Source: Akkermansia muciniphila ATCC BAA-835
GTDB taxonomy: Bacteria > Verrucomicrobiota > Verrucomicrobiia > Verrucomicrobiales > Akkermansiaceae
Assembly: GCF_000020225.1 (NCBI RefSeq)
Contig: NC_010655.1
Coordinates: 450,001 to 482,000 of the forward strand
Length of the DNA stretch: 32,000 nt
Direction: 5' to 3'
Shown here: in pieces, positions 17,601 to 25,599 of the stretch
Position numbering within the stretch: position 1 is the stretch's first letter
Layout of the letters: each line of letters starts with the position of its first letter
Notes under the pieces: generated by a model
What the model saw: the letters and a program-made list of their open reading frames with translations, nothing else
Told to the model about the DNA's origin: nothing
Databases searched by the model: none
Made by a program: the position numbers and the translations under genes

Positions 17601-19780
17601 CATGGGATTTCCCGTCCGTTCCTGTTCCGGACCAGACCCAAATCTTCCTCTTCCATACGGCCCAGAGTCTCATACCAGGAAGAAAGAGCCTCCTCTACGG
17701 AAGGCCGGCCCTGCGTTCGCTTCATCTCCACACCGGGAGCCGGTTCCGCCGCATAAACAAGCTGCCCGTCCGCTGCGGCGGCTTCACCCACGCGGGGCAG
17801 ACCAGCACGCAACAGCCACTTGGTTCTGGCCGTAACATAATCCGGATGAGGAAAAAGCTTTTTCAACACCGCTTCCGATTCGGGGAAATCCCGCATCTTC
17901 CAAGGCTTTGTACGTACAGGAGAAGGCAAATCCAAAAAATCTCTCACATCCTGTTCCGTCTTCAAAAAAGGCTCTCCGGCTTCATCCAGGGCGCGAGACC
18001 ACTCCAAAGCCTTCCTGGAAATGTACAAAGACCCCCACAGCGGAGAATTACGCAGGGACTTCTGCAACAATTCCCCGGCACGGTTTACATCCTTATCCTG
18101 CAAAATCCTGGAAACCGTTTCATCCGGAATTCCGAATACTTTCAGAGGGGAACCGTCTCCAAGCAGCATTCCGGCATGGCGGAAATGGTTCAGAGCGACC
18201 TTTCCCGCGCCTATCAGCAGGAAAGGCATCATCATGACGGCCTCCCTCAACTGGTCATCCGCGGAAGCCTGTCTGGCCTTCCATCCCTCCCAGTCCACAC
18301 CGGACGCCTTATTCGTAAGAGCTCCCACGCCTTCCTGAACGACCATGGGCGTCAACTCCATCAATTTATTTTCCGCCTCCATCTTCACGGCATCCGCCGC
18401 AACGGCTCCCATTCCGGGAAAAAACGCACCAGGATTCCCTGATGCGGGCCTCATGGCCCGGAACGCCCGCATTCCCTGCCCCAACATCTTCTGGCCCAGT
18501 TTCGTCATTCCGAAGGAAAGCAAGGTATTCACCCCGCCGGAGACGACAGCTCCCCCCATCTGGGCATCAAACACGCCGTCCGGGTTCATGCTCCGGGCCT
18601 CCGCCATATGGCGCCCCGTCTCCCCCGCCATCAACATGCCAAGCCCGGCAGGGCCGCAAAACGCCAAAGCCGTGGACGCTCCCTGCTGGGCCATGTCCAC
18701 CAGCATCTCCCGGAACCAGGGGGAATCCTTTCCCCCACGCAGCGGGGCAAACTCCATCCTGGCAAAATTCCTCAGTTCTTCAAAACTCCGGGAATAATTG
18801 TCCAGCGCCTCCTTTTCCCGTCCCTCCGGCAGGAGCCATGCTGCGCCGTTTACGGCCAGCTGGGCCGCATTCTCCGCAACCTCTGCCGCACCGCGTTTAA
18901 GCGCCCCCCCCAGGGCATCCCGAAAGGCGGGACGGGAACGCAAATAGGGAGCCATCATGCGGAACACCTTCTGACGGTCTCCATCCCCCAGGGAAGCCAG
19001 GCAATCCACGGCGCGTATGACGTCCGGAACTCCGGCAACGGCTTTCCGGTTCAGCTGCATGGCGGGAAAACCTTCCTTCACCGGCTCCTCACTGGCTACC
19101 AGCCCCTCCAATCCCTTGCGGATGATCCCGGCGGCATCCGCCAGACGGTTCCTGTCATCCAGAGCATCGGATACGGCCCTGCCTTTCAATTGTCGCGCCA
19201 CAGCCTGCAAATCTTCCGGCCATGCGGAAATGGCTTCCCTTCCCCGTTCGTCAGGAACCGTTCCGCCACCGGACAGAGCACGTTCATACTCTTCCTGGTA
19301 TAATTCAAACAAAGCATCCCTCCGGGAAAGGCGTACCTGATTGTGCATGGAAACTGCCACGAACAATTCGTCATCAGACTTGCCGGACGCTCCATACTGC
19401 CGCGCCACCTGTTCCCGGATACTCTTCCAGTCCCTCCGGATGCGTTCACGGGGAATCGCGCCAGAATCCGCCACCCAGGACTGCATGACGCACGCGGCAA
19501 TTCTTTCCCGGTCCGCCGTCCCTTCCGGATACATCGCCTCCGCTTTCAGCCTCACTTCCCGCGGAATGGTCATCACATCCCCCGTCAATACGCTATTCCA
19601 ATATTCTTCCCTTTCCGACTCCCGTTCCGGGAATTTTTCCGTGCCGGAAGGTACGGAAAACACTGCGTTCCCTTTCCGAATATGGCTTTCCCCCACAGTT
19701 CCGGGAACCGCTTCCGGAAAACTCCCTTCCAGCGGGAGCGCCCCTGTCTGTTCCCTGGTTCCATTATCTTCCATCATCAC
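14594..19780 (-). CDS. Giant (1728 aa) hypothetical protein, Arg/Ala/Glu/Leu-rich, with a central cluster of Gly-rich hydrophobic segments; no recognisable catalytic motif
   Basis: This is an uninterrupted 5.19-kb reading frame. The other-strand ORFs across it are short or low-complexity P/R/G/S-rich shadows. The first codon in the track is GTG (19778-19780), and ATG codons follow at 19775-19777 and 19772-19774. The ATG at 19775-19777 overlaps the upstream TGA stop (TGATG). I recognise no family signature: no HExxH, P-loop or lytic-transglycosylase motif was seen. Confidence 0.75.
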   Translation of the reverse strand: MMMEDNGTREQTGALPLEGSFPEAVPGTVGESHIRKGNAVFSVPSGTEKFPERESEREEYWNSVLTGDVMTIPREVRLKAEAMYPEGTADRERIAACVMQSWVADSGAIPRERIRRDWKSIREQVARQYGASGKSDDELFVAVSMHNQVRLSRRDALFELYQEEYERALSGGGTVPDERGREAISAWPEDLQAVARQLKGRAVSDALDDRNRLADAAGIIRKGLEGLVASEEPVKEGFPAMQLNRKAVAGVPDVIRAVDCLASLGDGDRQKVFRMMAPYLRSRPAFRDALGGALKRGAAEVAENAAQLAVNGAAWLLPEGREKEALDNYSRSFEELRNFARMEFAPLRGGKDSPWFREMLVDMAQQGASTALAFCGPAGLGMLMAGETGRHMAEARSMNPDGVFDAQMGGAVVSGGVNTLLSFGMTKLGQKMLGQGMRAFRAMRPASGNPGAFFPGMGAVAADAVKMEAENKLMELTPMVVQEGVGALTNKASGVDWEGWKARQASADDQLREAVMMMPFLLIGAGKVALNHFRHAGMLLGDGSPLKVFGIPDETVSRILQDKDVNRAGELLQKSLRNSPLWGSLYISRKALEWSRALDEAGEPFLKTEQDVRDFLDLPSPVRTKPWKMRDFPESEAVLKKLFPHPDYVTARTKWLLRAGLPRVGEAAAADGQLVYAAEPAPGVEMKRTQGRPSVEEALSSWYETLGRMEEEDLGLVRNRNGREIPWRLRNAEEYDIHADALRRAFVADRLKKRSYRPYRMLLLAYPEEEGRRAGFSGRDWDAVTEDMDLRTRANVYEGVMERVHGVPHEEASGHVAFRLWKSFCRDEGACGRARRWLEEGSALLNAPDLLSESFNPDGLPSALARMSGMMASLGGEERHGVSPELREMNRMVWGTQADVNSLYHVLPNMKEFDVHVGRGYTPVESYGRLLARFLEVAPENVARYASVLDAPRLHAGPEQVSPRIYPGTQKAVESLLLLTPRLFQSSPGGEGAERLWRVKYPNGRWSDWHPSREAAEADLMANVSMMFSAACSAKRDLIRSWEWHARNGRPEWDTNYLRLTTGLENVQGGRLPCLYDSLTAMAVADMLKAGYGVRGAVGSGDRLEVTGRGRLAAETLMSRDALLERMNIHEKYVGSVQRLGVDADNLPVSSAKGLVMHRLRLHNTANPLALIEDKAEVVWDRLMRTDQLSPEGAWEMLKHLERVPRRRKLPGETELIEELSQLSKEYFFAHLDHDTVPETVASWARYGAAMPDRVPEPLEELVRRAGLLKKTLREDADTAEFMGMLRETVGMNERIRAERAWDPAGGEVRLPMVERYSHSLMSGRLLFTVPDHVKEGLVRSLSALDGYAGGSVRRMERLAESRMRELSRALQEFPQLNSWRPDPEHPGLYLHLVKKPFRTGLGPLRAKDVSLEALGEHLPEPILEAPLYVEEDFSVRRGVPAPAAWRSRPDVVRAVETLDAVRRDFAGRPEATESGVSWKGKIYRIDSGAAPGGVTSAWNRELPLDEAISLIGVLDRRQEELRGGMLPFLPEPEEARAMYANCVIYRDPDDPGHTVRLMPGIPESPVRQARAPYVVHAWNGVYLDSRGAPAVSERDSYIPLECFTGAGEEPSPEDSRASRTRFLGRILETLGDADAQERWWWNRRQAVGCFMEDVIRMYEELGVRESYLKGKLDLLDPVMVQALRFVSHVLNDPLAYRLPLDKGTEAQKGMTREGALLKELIEEYGKF

Positions 19781-21123
19781 TTTCCTTCTTTTCCGTTATT
19801 CATATCTGAAAACCCCACCCAGCCGGCATCCTGGAGGCGTTTCTCTTTCTCAAAAACCTTTTCCATCTCCGCAGCCGGCTGCTCCGGGGCCCTCTTCACC
19901 GCCTCTGCCAATTCCGTCTGGACACGCTTCCATTCCTCTGCCGCACGGGCATCCTCAGGCGGCCCCCATGCGCCATTCCGGAACATGGCGGACAGGCGAC
20001 GGGAAGCAGCGCGGCGCAATTCGCGGGGTATGCCCAACATCACCTCGCGTCGCCGGAGAAGCCTTTCCACCTGAACGGCAGGCAAACCTGAAGTGGCCAC
20101 TTCTATCAGGGCGTCAGCATCTTCCTCCCCTCCGCAATCCTCATCAATCAGCGAGGTCATGCGGCACAACAGCATATCGTCCTCCGGAATGCTGATACCG
20201 GAAAATTCCGCCGTCTGCCTCCGGTCACGGGAAGCCGTATAACGCCTTAGCTGCTCGGAACTGATCAAGCCATGCTTTTCAGCATTCGCCAATCCGTCAT
20301 CCCGCAGCAACCCGCCGCCGGACACGGTGGCCGCCAGAGCATCCGCATAACGCCGCTTCAACTCCCCATACGCTGCCGCAGCCTCTTCCGCCACCTTCTT
20401 TTCCTCCGGAGTTTCCGGCATCTTCTCCTGCCGGGAAACGATGCTTACAGCGGCCGCCGGATCACGGCGGACCTCCTCCACCGCCCGGTTCAGCGCTGCG
20501 CGGGAATGCGCTTCTTCCGCCATGCGGGAAGCCTCCTCTCCCGTTACAAATATTCCGCTGCCCTCCTTAATCCTGCGTTCGGCCAGAGCGGCCTCTCCCT
20601 GCTCCACGGCAGACTCCACCCCCCCGGCCCAATACCGGCGCGCCTCCTCCAACTGCCCCAGATGGGACATCTTCTGCAAATAAATGCTCCCGGCAGTCTC
20701 CAGATTCTCTCTCGCCATGGCCACGCGCTCCCTAACCGGGCCGGACATACGGGCAGGCAGATAGGAAGGAAGCCGTTCTGACAGCGCCTTCTTCCATCTC
20801 TCCTGAAGGTGTTCCGAATCCCCTCCGGCTTCCAGCTCCCGCATCACGTCCTGTTCAAAACGATACATCCCGTCACGGGCCTGCGCCCATTGGCCGGCAT
20901 CCCTCACCTCCTGCATTTCCTTCAGCGCGGTTCCCGCCACTCCGGACACATCCATCACGCCCGCCGCCAGATCCCGCACACTGGCGGCCTGTGCTTCAAA
21001 AGCATTCAACGGAATCACGCCGGACAAATCCGGAGCCACATGCAACATTCCAAAATCCTGTATTCGTATAGCCATCTTTAACGGCTTCCAAGCTAAAGAG
21101 CGGATGGAACGCACGGCATCCAT
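19777..21123 (-). CDS. Hypothetical 448-aa highly charged, Ala/Glu/Arg-rich, probably all-helical protein
   Basis: It has a long open frame and is the first gene of the three-gene overlapping module. The sequence contains many heptad-like charged stretches, for example EEARRYWAGGVESAVEQGEAALAERRIKEG and EEKKVAEEAAAAYGELKRRYADALA. It has no signal peptide or transmembrane segment. ATG verified at 21121-23, and the alternative ATG is at 21073-21075 (MAIRIQDFG...). Confidence 0.65.
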   Translation of the reverse strand: MDAVRSIRSLAWKPLKMAIRIQDFGMLHVAPDLSGVIPLNAFEAQAASVRDLAAGVMDVSGVAGTALKEMQEVRDAGQWAQARDGMYRFEQDVMRELEAGGDSEHLQERWKKALSERLPSYLPARMSGPVRERVAMARENLETAGSIYLQKMSHLGQLEEARRYWAGGVESAVEQGEAALAERRIKEGSGIFVTGEEASRMAEEAHSRAALNRAVEEVRRDPAAAVSIVSRQEKMPETPEEKKVAEEAAAAYGELKRRYADALAATVSGGGLLRDDGLANAEKHGLISSEQLRRYTASRDRRQTAEFSGISIPEDDMLLCRMTSLIDEDCGGEEDADALIEVATSGLPAVQVERLLRRREVMLGIPRELRRAASRRLSAMFRNGAWGPPEDARAAEEWKRVQTELAEAVKRAPEQPAAEMEKVFEKEKRLQDAGWVGFSDMNNGKEGK

Positions 21124-21189
21124 TCCAAACCGTCACCGTCCGGCACTTGCCGCTTGCCAAAACCGGGCCGTTCCAACACAATCACCCCT

Positions 21190-21987
21190 ATGACCCGCAT
21201 TCGTTTCACCGCCGCATATGACGGACGCCCTTATCTGGGCTGGCAAAGCCAGCCGGGAGGCCGTACCGTCCAGGACGTGCTGGAACGAGCCTTTTCCGGA
21301 CTCTTTGGAACCACCTGCCGTATCCACGGTTCCGGCAGGACAGACGCCGGCGTTCATGCTCTGGGCCAGGTTTTTCATGCAGACGCTCCGGATACCCACC
21401 GCATTCCTGCGGACAAATGGCCTGCCGCGCTCAACACGCGCCTTCCCCGAACCATCCGGATTACCCATGCGGAATACGTTCCTCCCGGTTTCCATGCCCG
21501 GTTCAGCGCCACGGGAAAAACCTACCGTTACTGCATTTCACGCGCACCCATCCTCAACCCTTTTGACGCCGGGCTGGCCTGGCACCGCCCGCTGGCATGG
21601 AGCGTGGATATTCTGGAACAGGCGGTACACCTATTCCGGGGAACGCATGACTTCACTGCTTTTGCCGCCCTGCGCGGCAATGAACCGCGCCCTATTCCGG
21701 AGGGTTACTTCCGCCGAACCATCACGCAGACACAAGTGGCACAGACAGGGGAACATGTCTTCATCACCTTTACCGGAACGGGCTTCCTCTACAAAATGGT
21801 GCGCCTCATGACGGGAGCCGCCCATGAAGCCGCACGTGGAAAAATAACGCTGGAAGAACTGGCTCGCCTCATCAACGCTCCGCTCCCGGATGACAAAAGC
21901 CCGTTTTGCGCCCCGCCGGACGGACTCACGCTGATGAGGGTCCATTACCCGGAAGAAACGTTCGGAGACAAAAAGAAAATAAACTGA
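21190..21987 (+). CDS. truA: tRNA pseudouridine(38-40) synthase
   Basis: MTRIRFTAAYDGRPYLGWQSQPGGRTVQDVLERAFS...IHGSGRTDAGVHALGQVFHAD carries the catalytic Asp in the GRTDAGVHA motif, and FLYKMVRLMTG lies near the C-terminus. The track start at 21154 is a TTG, so I prefer the ATG at 21190, which gives the canonical N-terminus. Confidence 0.9.
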   Translation: MTRIRFTAAYDGRPYLGWQSQPGGRTVQDVLERAFSGLFGTTCRIHGSGRTDAGVHALGQVFHADAPDTHRIPADKWPAALNTRLPRTIRITHAEYVPPGFHARFSATGKTYRYCISRAPILNPFDAGLAWHRPLAWSVDILEQAVHLFRGTHDFTAFAALRGNEPRPIPEGYFRRTITQTQVAQTGEHVFITFTGTGFLYKMVRLMTGAAHEAARGKITLEELARLINAPLPDDKSPFCAPPDGLTLMRVHYPEETFGDKKKIN

Positions 21988-22001
21988 AAACAGCCGTCCT
22001 T

Positions 22002-22583
22002 CTAGACGCGTGCCGTACCGTACAGCCCTTCCCTCCTGATCAGCGCCTCCACTTTCCGGTTCAGATGGGGAACCGGACATACGCCCGAACGCAAATCATG
22101 CCGTATGCGGGTGGAAGAAGCGGGTTCATCCCCTTCTATGAAAAGGGCGCGCACCCCTTTCCTGGGTGATGGAACCCCGCCGCGGCGGTAAACAATGAAC
22201 GTCACCAGGCTGGACAAATATTCCCAGCGTCCCCACTGTTCCAGAGAATCCCACTGATCCTTGCCCATCAGCCAGAACAATTCTGCACCGGGATAACGCT
22301 CCGCCGTCCTCTCAGCCACCCTCCACGACCACGAAGGAGGCGGAAGTTCCAAATCCGTCCGGTCAAGCATGGCCCAATCCAGCCCTTGAACAGCCAGCTC
22401 AATCATCCGGCAGCGCTGGTCATCCGTCACGGAGGGGGCCTGCTCCTTCAGCGGAGACAGGGAACACGGCATAAACAGCACGCGGTCCATTCCGCAATAT
22501 TTCCGAGCATGCTCGGCCATGCAAACGTGCCCCTCATGCACGGGATCAAACGAACCGCCGAAAATACACAGCTTCACCGTCAT
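22002..22583 (-). CDS. nadD: Nicotinate-nucleotide adenylyltransferase
   Basis: MTVKLCIFGGSFDPVHEGHVCMAEHA is the (H/T)xGH nucleotidyltransferase signature GG(S/T)FDPxHxGH. ...SSTRIR lies near the C-terminus (ISST/SxxxxR motif). The length of 193 aa is typical. Confidence 0.9.
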   Translation of the reverse strand: MTVKLCIFGGSFDPVHEGHVCMAEHARKYCGMDRVLFMPCSLSPLKEQAPSVTDDQRCRMIELAVQGLDWAMLDRTDLELPPPSWSWRVAERTAERYPGAELFWLMGKDQWDSLEQWGRWEYLSSLVTFIVYRRGGVPSPRKGVRALFIEGDEPASSTRIRHDLRSGVCPVPHLNRKVEALIRREGLYGTARV

Positions 22584-22593
22584 CCACCAGAAG

Positions 22594-23271
22594 TCAGAGT
22601 CCTTCCGTTCCCTTGTAAGGCAGAAACCCGCCGATGGGAACGCGCACCATCCTTTTCTCCAGAGGCAGGCGGCGGAAGCGGGTAATAAAATCCGTCAGGC
22701 GGCCGTAATTGCGCTCCGTCTTGGGAATCCCCTGATGGCCGCAATTCACATCCGGATTGTAATGCAGCTCCACATGAAGATGGGCCGGATACATGCCGCG
22801 GTTCGTGCCGATAGTGCCCACCTGGGTGCCGCGCAGCACCAACTGCCCCAAAACAACGTTAATATCGTTCAAATGGGAATAAAGCGTCTGGCAGCAAAGA
22901 ACCTTTCCGGACTTGGGTTCGCGGAAAGCATGGCGCACAATCACCACCTTTCCCCACGCGCCCCGGGCGTCCGCCGCATAAGTTACCACCCCGTGGCCTA
23001 CGGAATAAACGGGATCGCCCAAATCGGAATTGCCTCCTTTATTGCCGTTCCAATCCTCACCCATGTGACGGGGGCTTTTCAGACGCAGACCGCGGGACCG
23101 GTAATAGCCGTTGCCGTCAGGCTTTCCTACCGGAAAATCAAAACCGTCACAAAGAGGAACAAGCGCAAACTTGCTGTCCCGCCGGGCCATGTAAACGGGA
23201 GCGCTCTCGCTGATCAACGCGGAACCGGTCAGAAAAACCAGCGCCAGCAGTAAAAAACGGAAATAGGACAT
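22594..23271 (-). CDS. Secreted M23-family (LytM-type) metallopeptidase
   Basis: The signal peptide is MSYFRFLLLALVFLTGSALISESA, so I chose the ATG at 23269-71 over the track start at 23319. The M23 motifs are HMGEDWN (HxxxD) and YPAHLHVELH (HxH). The stop lies 10 nt upstream of the nadD ATG, so the two are probably co-transcribed. Confidence 0.85.
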   Translation of the reverse strand: MSYFRFLLLALVFLTGSALISESAPVYMARRDSKFALVPLCDGFDFPVGKPDGNGYYRSRGLRLKSPRHMGEDWNGNKGGNSDLGDPVYSVGHGVVTYAADARGAWGKVVIVRHAFREPKSGKVLCCQTLYSHLNDINVVLGQLVLRGTQVGTIGTNRGMYPAHLHVELHYNPDVNCGHQGIPKTERNYGRLTDFITRFRRLPLEKRMVRVPIGGFLPYKGTEGL

Positions 23272-23459
23272 GGGAACGAAAGTCCTTTGTATGCTAAACG
23301 GCTCCCTACTCCGTATCAAGCGGAATTCCCCGCATGTCGGAGTTAGAATTCACTAACACGCTCCCCCATGTTTCCCACTTCCTTTCAACTTGACAGCAAA
23401 GCCTCCGTATGAAAGAAGGGAGGAGCGATTTTCGTATTTTTCAACACACTTTTTTCCGC

Positions 23460-25538
23460 ATGAACAAACTAACCACACTCTTCCTCGGAACGGTTCTCTC
23501 TTCCTCCATGCTGCCCGGCTGGACCGCAGCACCACCCAAACCATACGGCGCGATTCCAACACCCGCCCAAATCAACTGGCAGCGCATGGAATTCTACGGC
23601 TTCATCCACTTTGGCCTGAATACGTTCACGGGACGGGAGTGGGGTTACGGCGATGAAGACCCGAAAATTTTCAACCCCACGGATTTCAATGCCTCCGATA
23701 TCGTCTCCACCTTTAAAAAAGGCGGAATGAAAGGAATGATTTACACGGCCAAACATCATGACGGCTTCTGCGCCTGGCCCACCAAATCCACGGACCACAA
23801 CATCACCAAGAGCCCTTGGAAAAACGGAAAAGGAGATGTAGTCCGGGAATTCGCCCTTGCCTGCAAAAAGCACGGCATCAAATTCGGCACCTACCTCAGC
23901 CCCTGGGACCGCAACAACGCGGATTACGGCAAGGATGGCTACCTGGACGTTTACTATAAACAAATCCGGGAACTGCTGACCAATTACGGGCCTGTCTTTG
24001 AAATCTGGTTTGACGGAGCCAACGGAGGAGATGGCTATTACGGAGGAGCCAGGGAAAAGCGCAATATCGGTGACGCGGAAAAATACTACAACTTTGAAAA
24101 AATCGTGGAAATGATCCGCAAAATCCAGCCCAGCTGCATCATCTGGGGAGCGGGCCACTACGGAGACGCCCGCTGGGGAGGCTCCGAAAAAGGCCACGTC
24201 AATTATCCCCATTGGAGCACTGTAGGGCTGAACGGCGGGGGCGGAGGCACCGGAAAACGCGGCGGAGAACGCTGGGTGCCTGCGGAAGGAGACACCACCA
24301 TCAACCATGCCGGCTGGTTCTGGCACCAGGGACAGGCATCCCGCGTCAAATCCCCTGAAGAACTTATGCAGGTATGGTTTGATTCCGTAGGCCGCGGGGC
24401 CAACCTCATTCTGAACGTGGCGGCGGACAAAACGGGCAGACTGGATCCTGCGGATGTCAAATCCCTGCTGGAATTCAAAGAACTGCGCGACAAGCTATAT
24501 GCCAGGGACTACGCGTTGGGAGCAACCGTCACAGCCAGCCAGACGCGCGGCAACGACAAAAAATTCTCGCCCTCCAACATGACGGACGGCAACATTGAAA
24601 CTTACTGGGCCGTGGAAGATGACAACCTGACCCCCACCGCCGTTATTACGCTGCCCAAACCCGCCACTTTCGACGTCATCCGGCTGCGCGAACAAACACG
24701 TCTGGGACAACGCGTGGACTCCTTCAATATTGACGCTTTCGTCAATGGCAAATGGGTTTGTATCGACAATGAAGGGAAAACCATCGGCAACCAGGTCATG
24801 CGCCGCCTGAACCGCCCCATCACTACCCAGAAACTGCGCCTGCGCATCACGGGCAGCCAGGCCACTCCCTGCATCTCGGAATTCTCCCTCTTCCGCCAGC
24901 CTGCGGGCGCCGTGCGGCCCTCCATCTTCCGCCGCGGAGACAACCTCGTCATCATTGCGGACGGCAAAAATAAAATCCTGTACACGACGGACGGCAGCGA
25001 ACCCAAAGCAGGATCTCCCGTTTACAGCCAGGGTGCTAAATTTACGGAAAGCGGCATTGTCAAGGCTCGCTGCCAATTCTCCAATGGTAAATTGGGCCCT
25101 GTCAGCCAGGCCAAATTCGGCATCAGCAAAACCGGATGGAAAGTGAAAACCGCCACATCCGGGAATGCGGCGGCGGCCATAGACGACAATCCGGAAACCT
25201 CATGGCTTGCCAAGGCGGAAGCGCCTCAATCCTTTGTGGTGGATATGGGAAAACCGTACCAGGTTTCCAGCTTCTCCTACCTGCCCAGACAGGATGGAAA
25301 AACCTCCGGCATGACGGATAAATACCAATTTGAAGTAAGCGCGGATGGGAAAAACTGGACGAAAGTGGCGGAAGGGGAATTCTCCAACCTGCGCGCTAAC
25401 CCCATTGAGCAATCCGTTAATCTCAAAAACATGAACGGACCTGTGCGTTACTTCCGCTTCATCGGCACCAGTTCTCTGGACGGCAACAGCGCTTCCGCTG
25501 CGGAAATAAACGTTTTCGGCACTCCCGCAGGCAAATAA
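23460..25538 (+). CDS. Secreted alpha-L-fucosidase (GH29) with two C-terminal F5/8 type C (discoidin/CBM32-like) domains
   Basis: The signal peptide MNKLTTLFLGTVLSSSMLPGWTAA starts at the ATG at 23460. The GH29 core is QINWQRMEFYGFIHFGLNTFTGREWG, YTAKHHDGFCAWPTK, GTYLSPWDRN and EIWFDGANGG. The two discoidin-like modules are MTDGNIETYWAVEDD...IRLREQ and AIDDNPETSWLAKAEAPQSFVVDMGKPYQVSSFSYLPRQDG. Confidence 0.9.
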   Translation: MNKLTTLFLGTVLSSSMLPGWTAAPPKPYGAIPTPAQINWQRMEFYGFIHFGLNTFTGREWGYGDEDPKIFNPTDFNASDIVSTFKKGGMKGMIYTAKHHDGFCAWPTKSTDHNITKSPWKNGKGDVVREFALACKKHGIKFGTYLSPWDRNNADYGKDGYLDVYYKQIRELLTNYGPVFEIWFDGANGGDGYYGGAREKRNIGDAEKYYNFEKIVEMIRKIQPSCIIWGAGHYGDARWGGSEKGHVNYPHWSTVGLNGGGGGTGKRGGERWVPAEGDTTINHAGWFWHQGQASRVKSPEELMQVWFDSVGRGANLILNVAADKTGRLDPADVKSLLEFKELRDKLYARDYALGATVTASQTRGNDKKFSPSNMTDGNIETYWAVEDDNLTPTAVITLPKPATFDVIRLREQTRLGQRVDSFNIDAFVNGKWVCIDNEGKTIGNQVMRRLNRPITTQKLRLRITGSQATPCISEFSLFRQPAGAVRPSIFRRGDNLVIIADGKNKILYTTDGSEPKAGSPVYSQGAKFTESGIVKARCQFSNGKLGPVSQAKFGISKTGWKVKTATSGNAAAAIDDNPETSWLAKAEAPQSFVVDMGKPYQVSSFSYLPRQDGKTSGMTDKYQFEVSADGKNWTKVAEGEFSNLRANPIEQSVNLKNMNGPVRYFRFIGTSSLDGNSASAAEINVFGTPAGK

Positions 25539-25563
25539 AAACTTCCCTGACTTTTCTCACCAG

Positions 25564-25599
25564 GGCATTCCGGTTTTTTACGGCCGGAATGCCTTTTTT
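25564..25599 (+). terminator. Rho-independent terminator of the fucosidase gene
   Basis: GGCATTCCGG (25564-73) and CCGGAATGCC (25584-93) form a perfect 10-bp stem, followed by TTTTTT (25594-99). It starts 26 nt after the stop codon. Confidence 0.7.
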
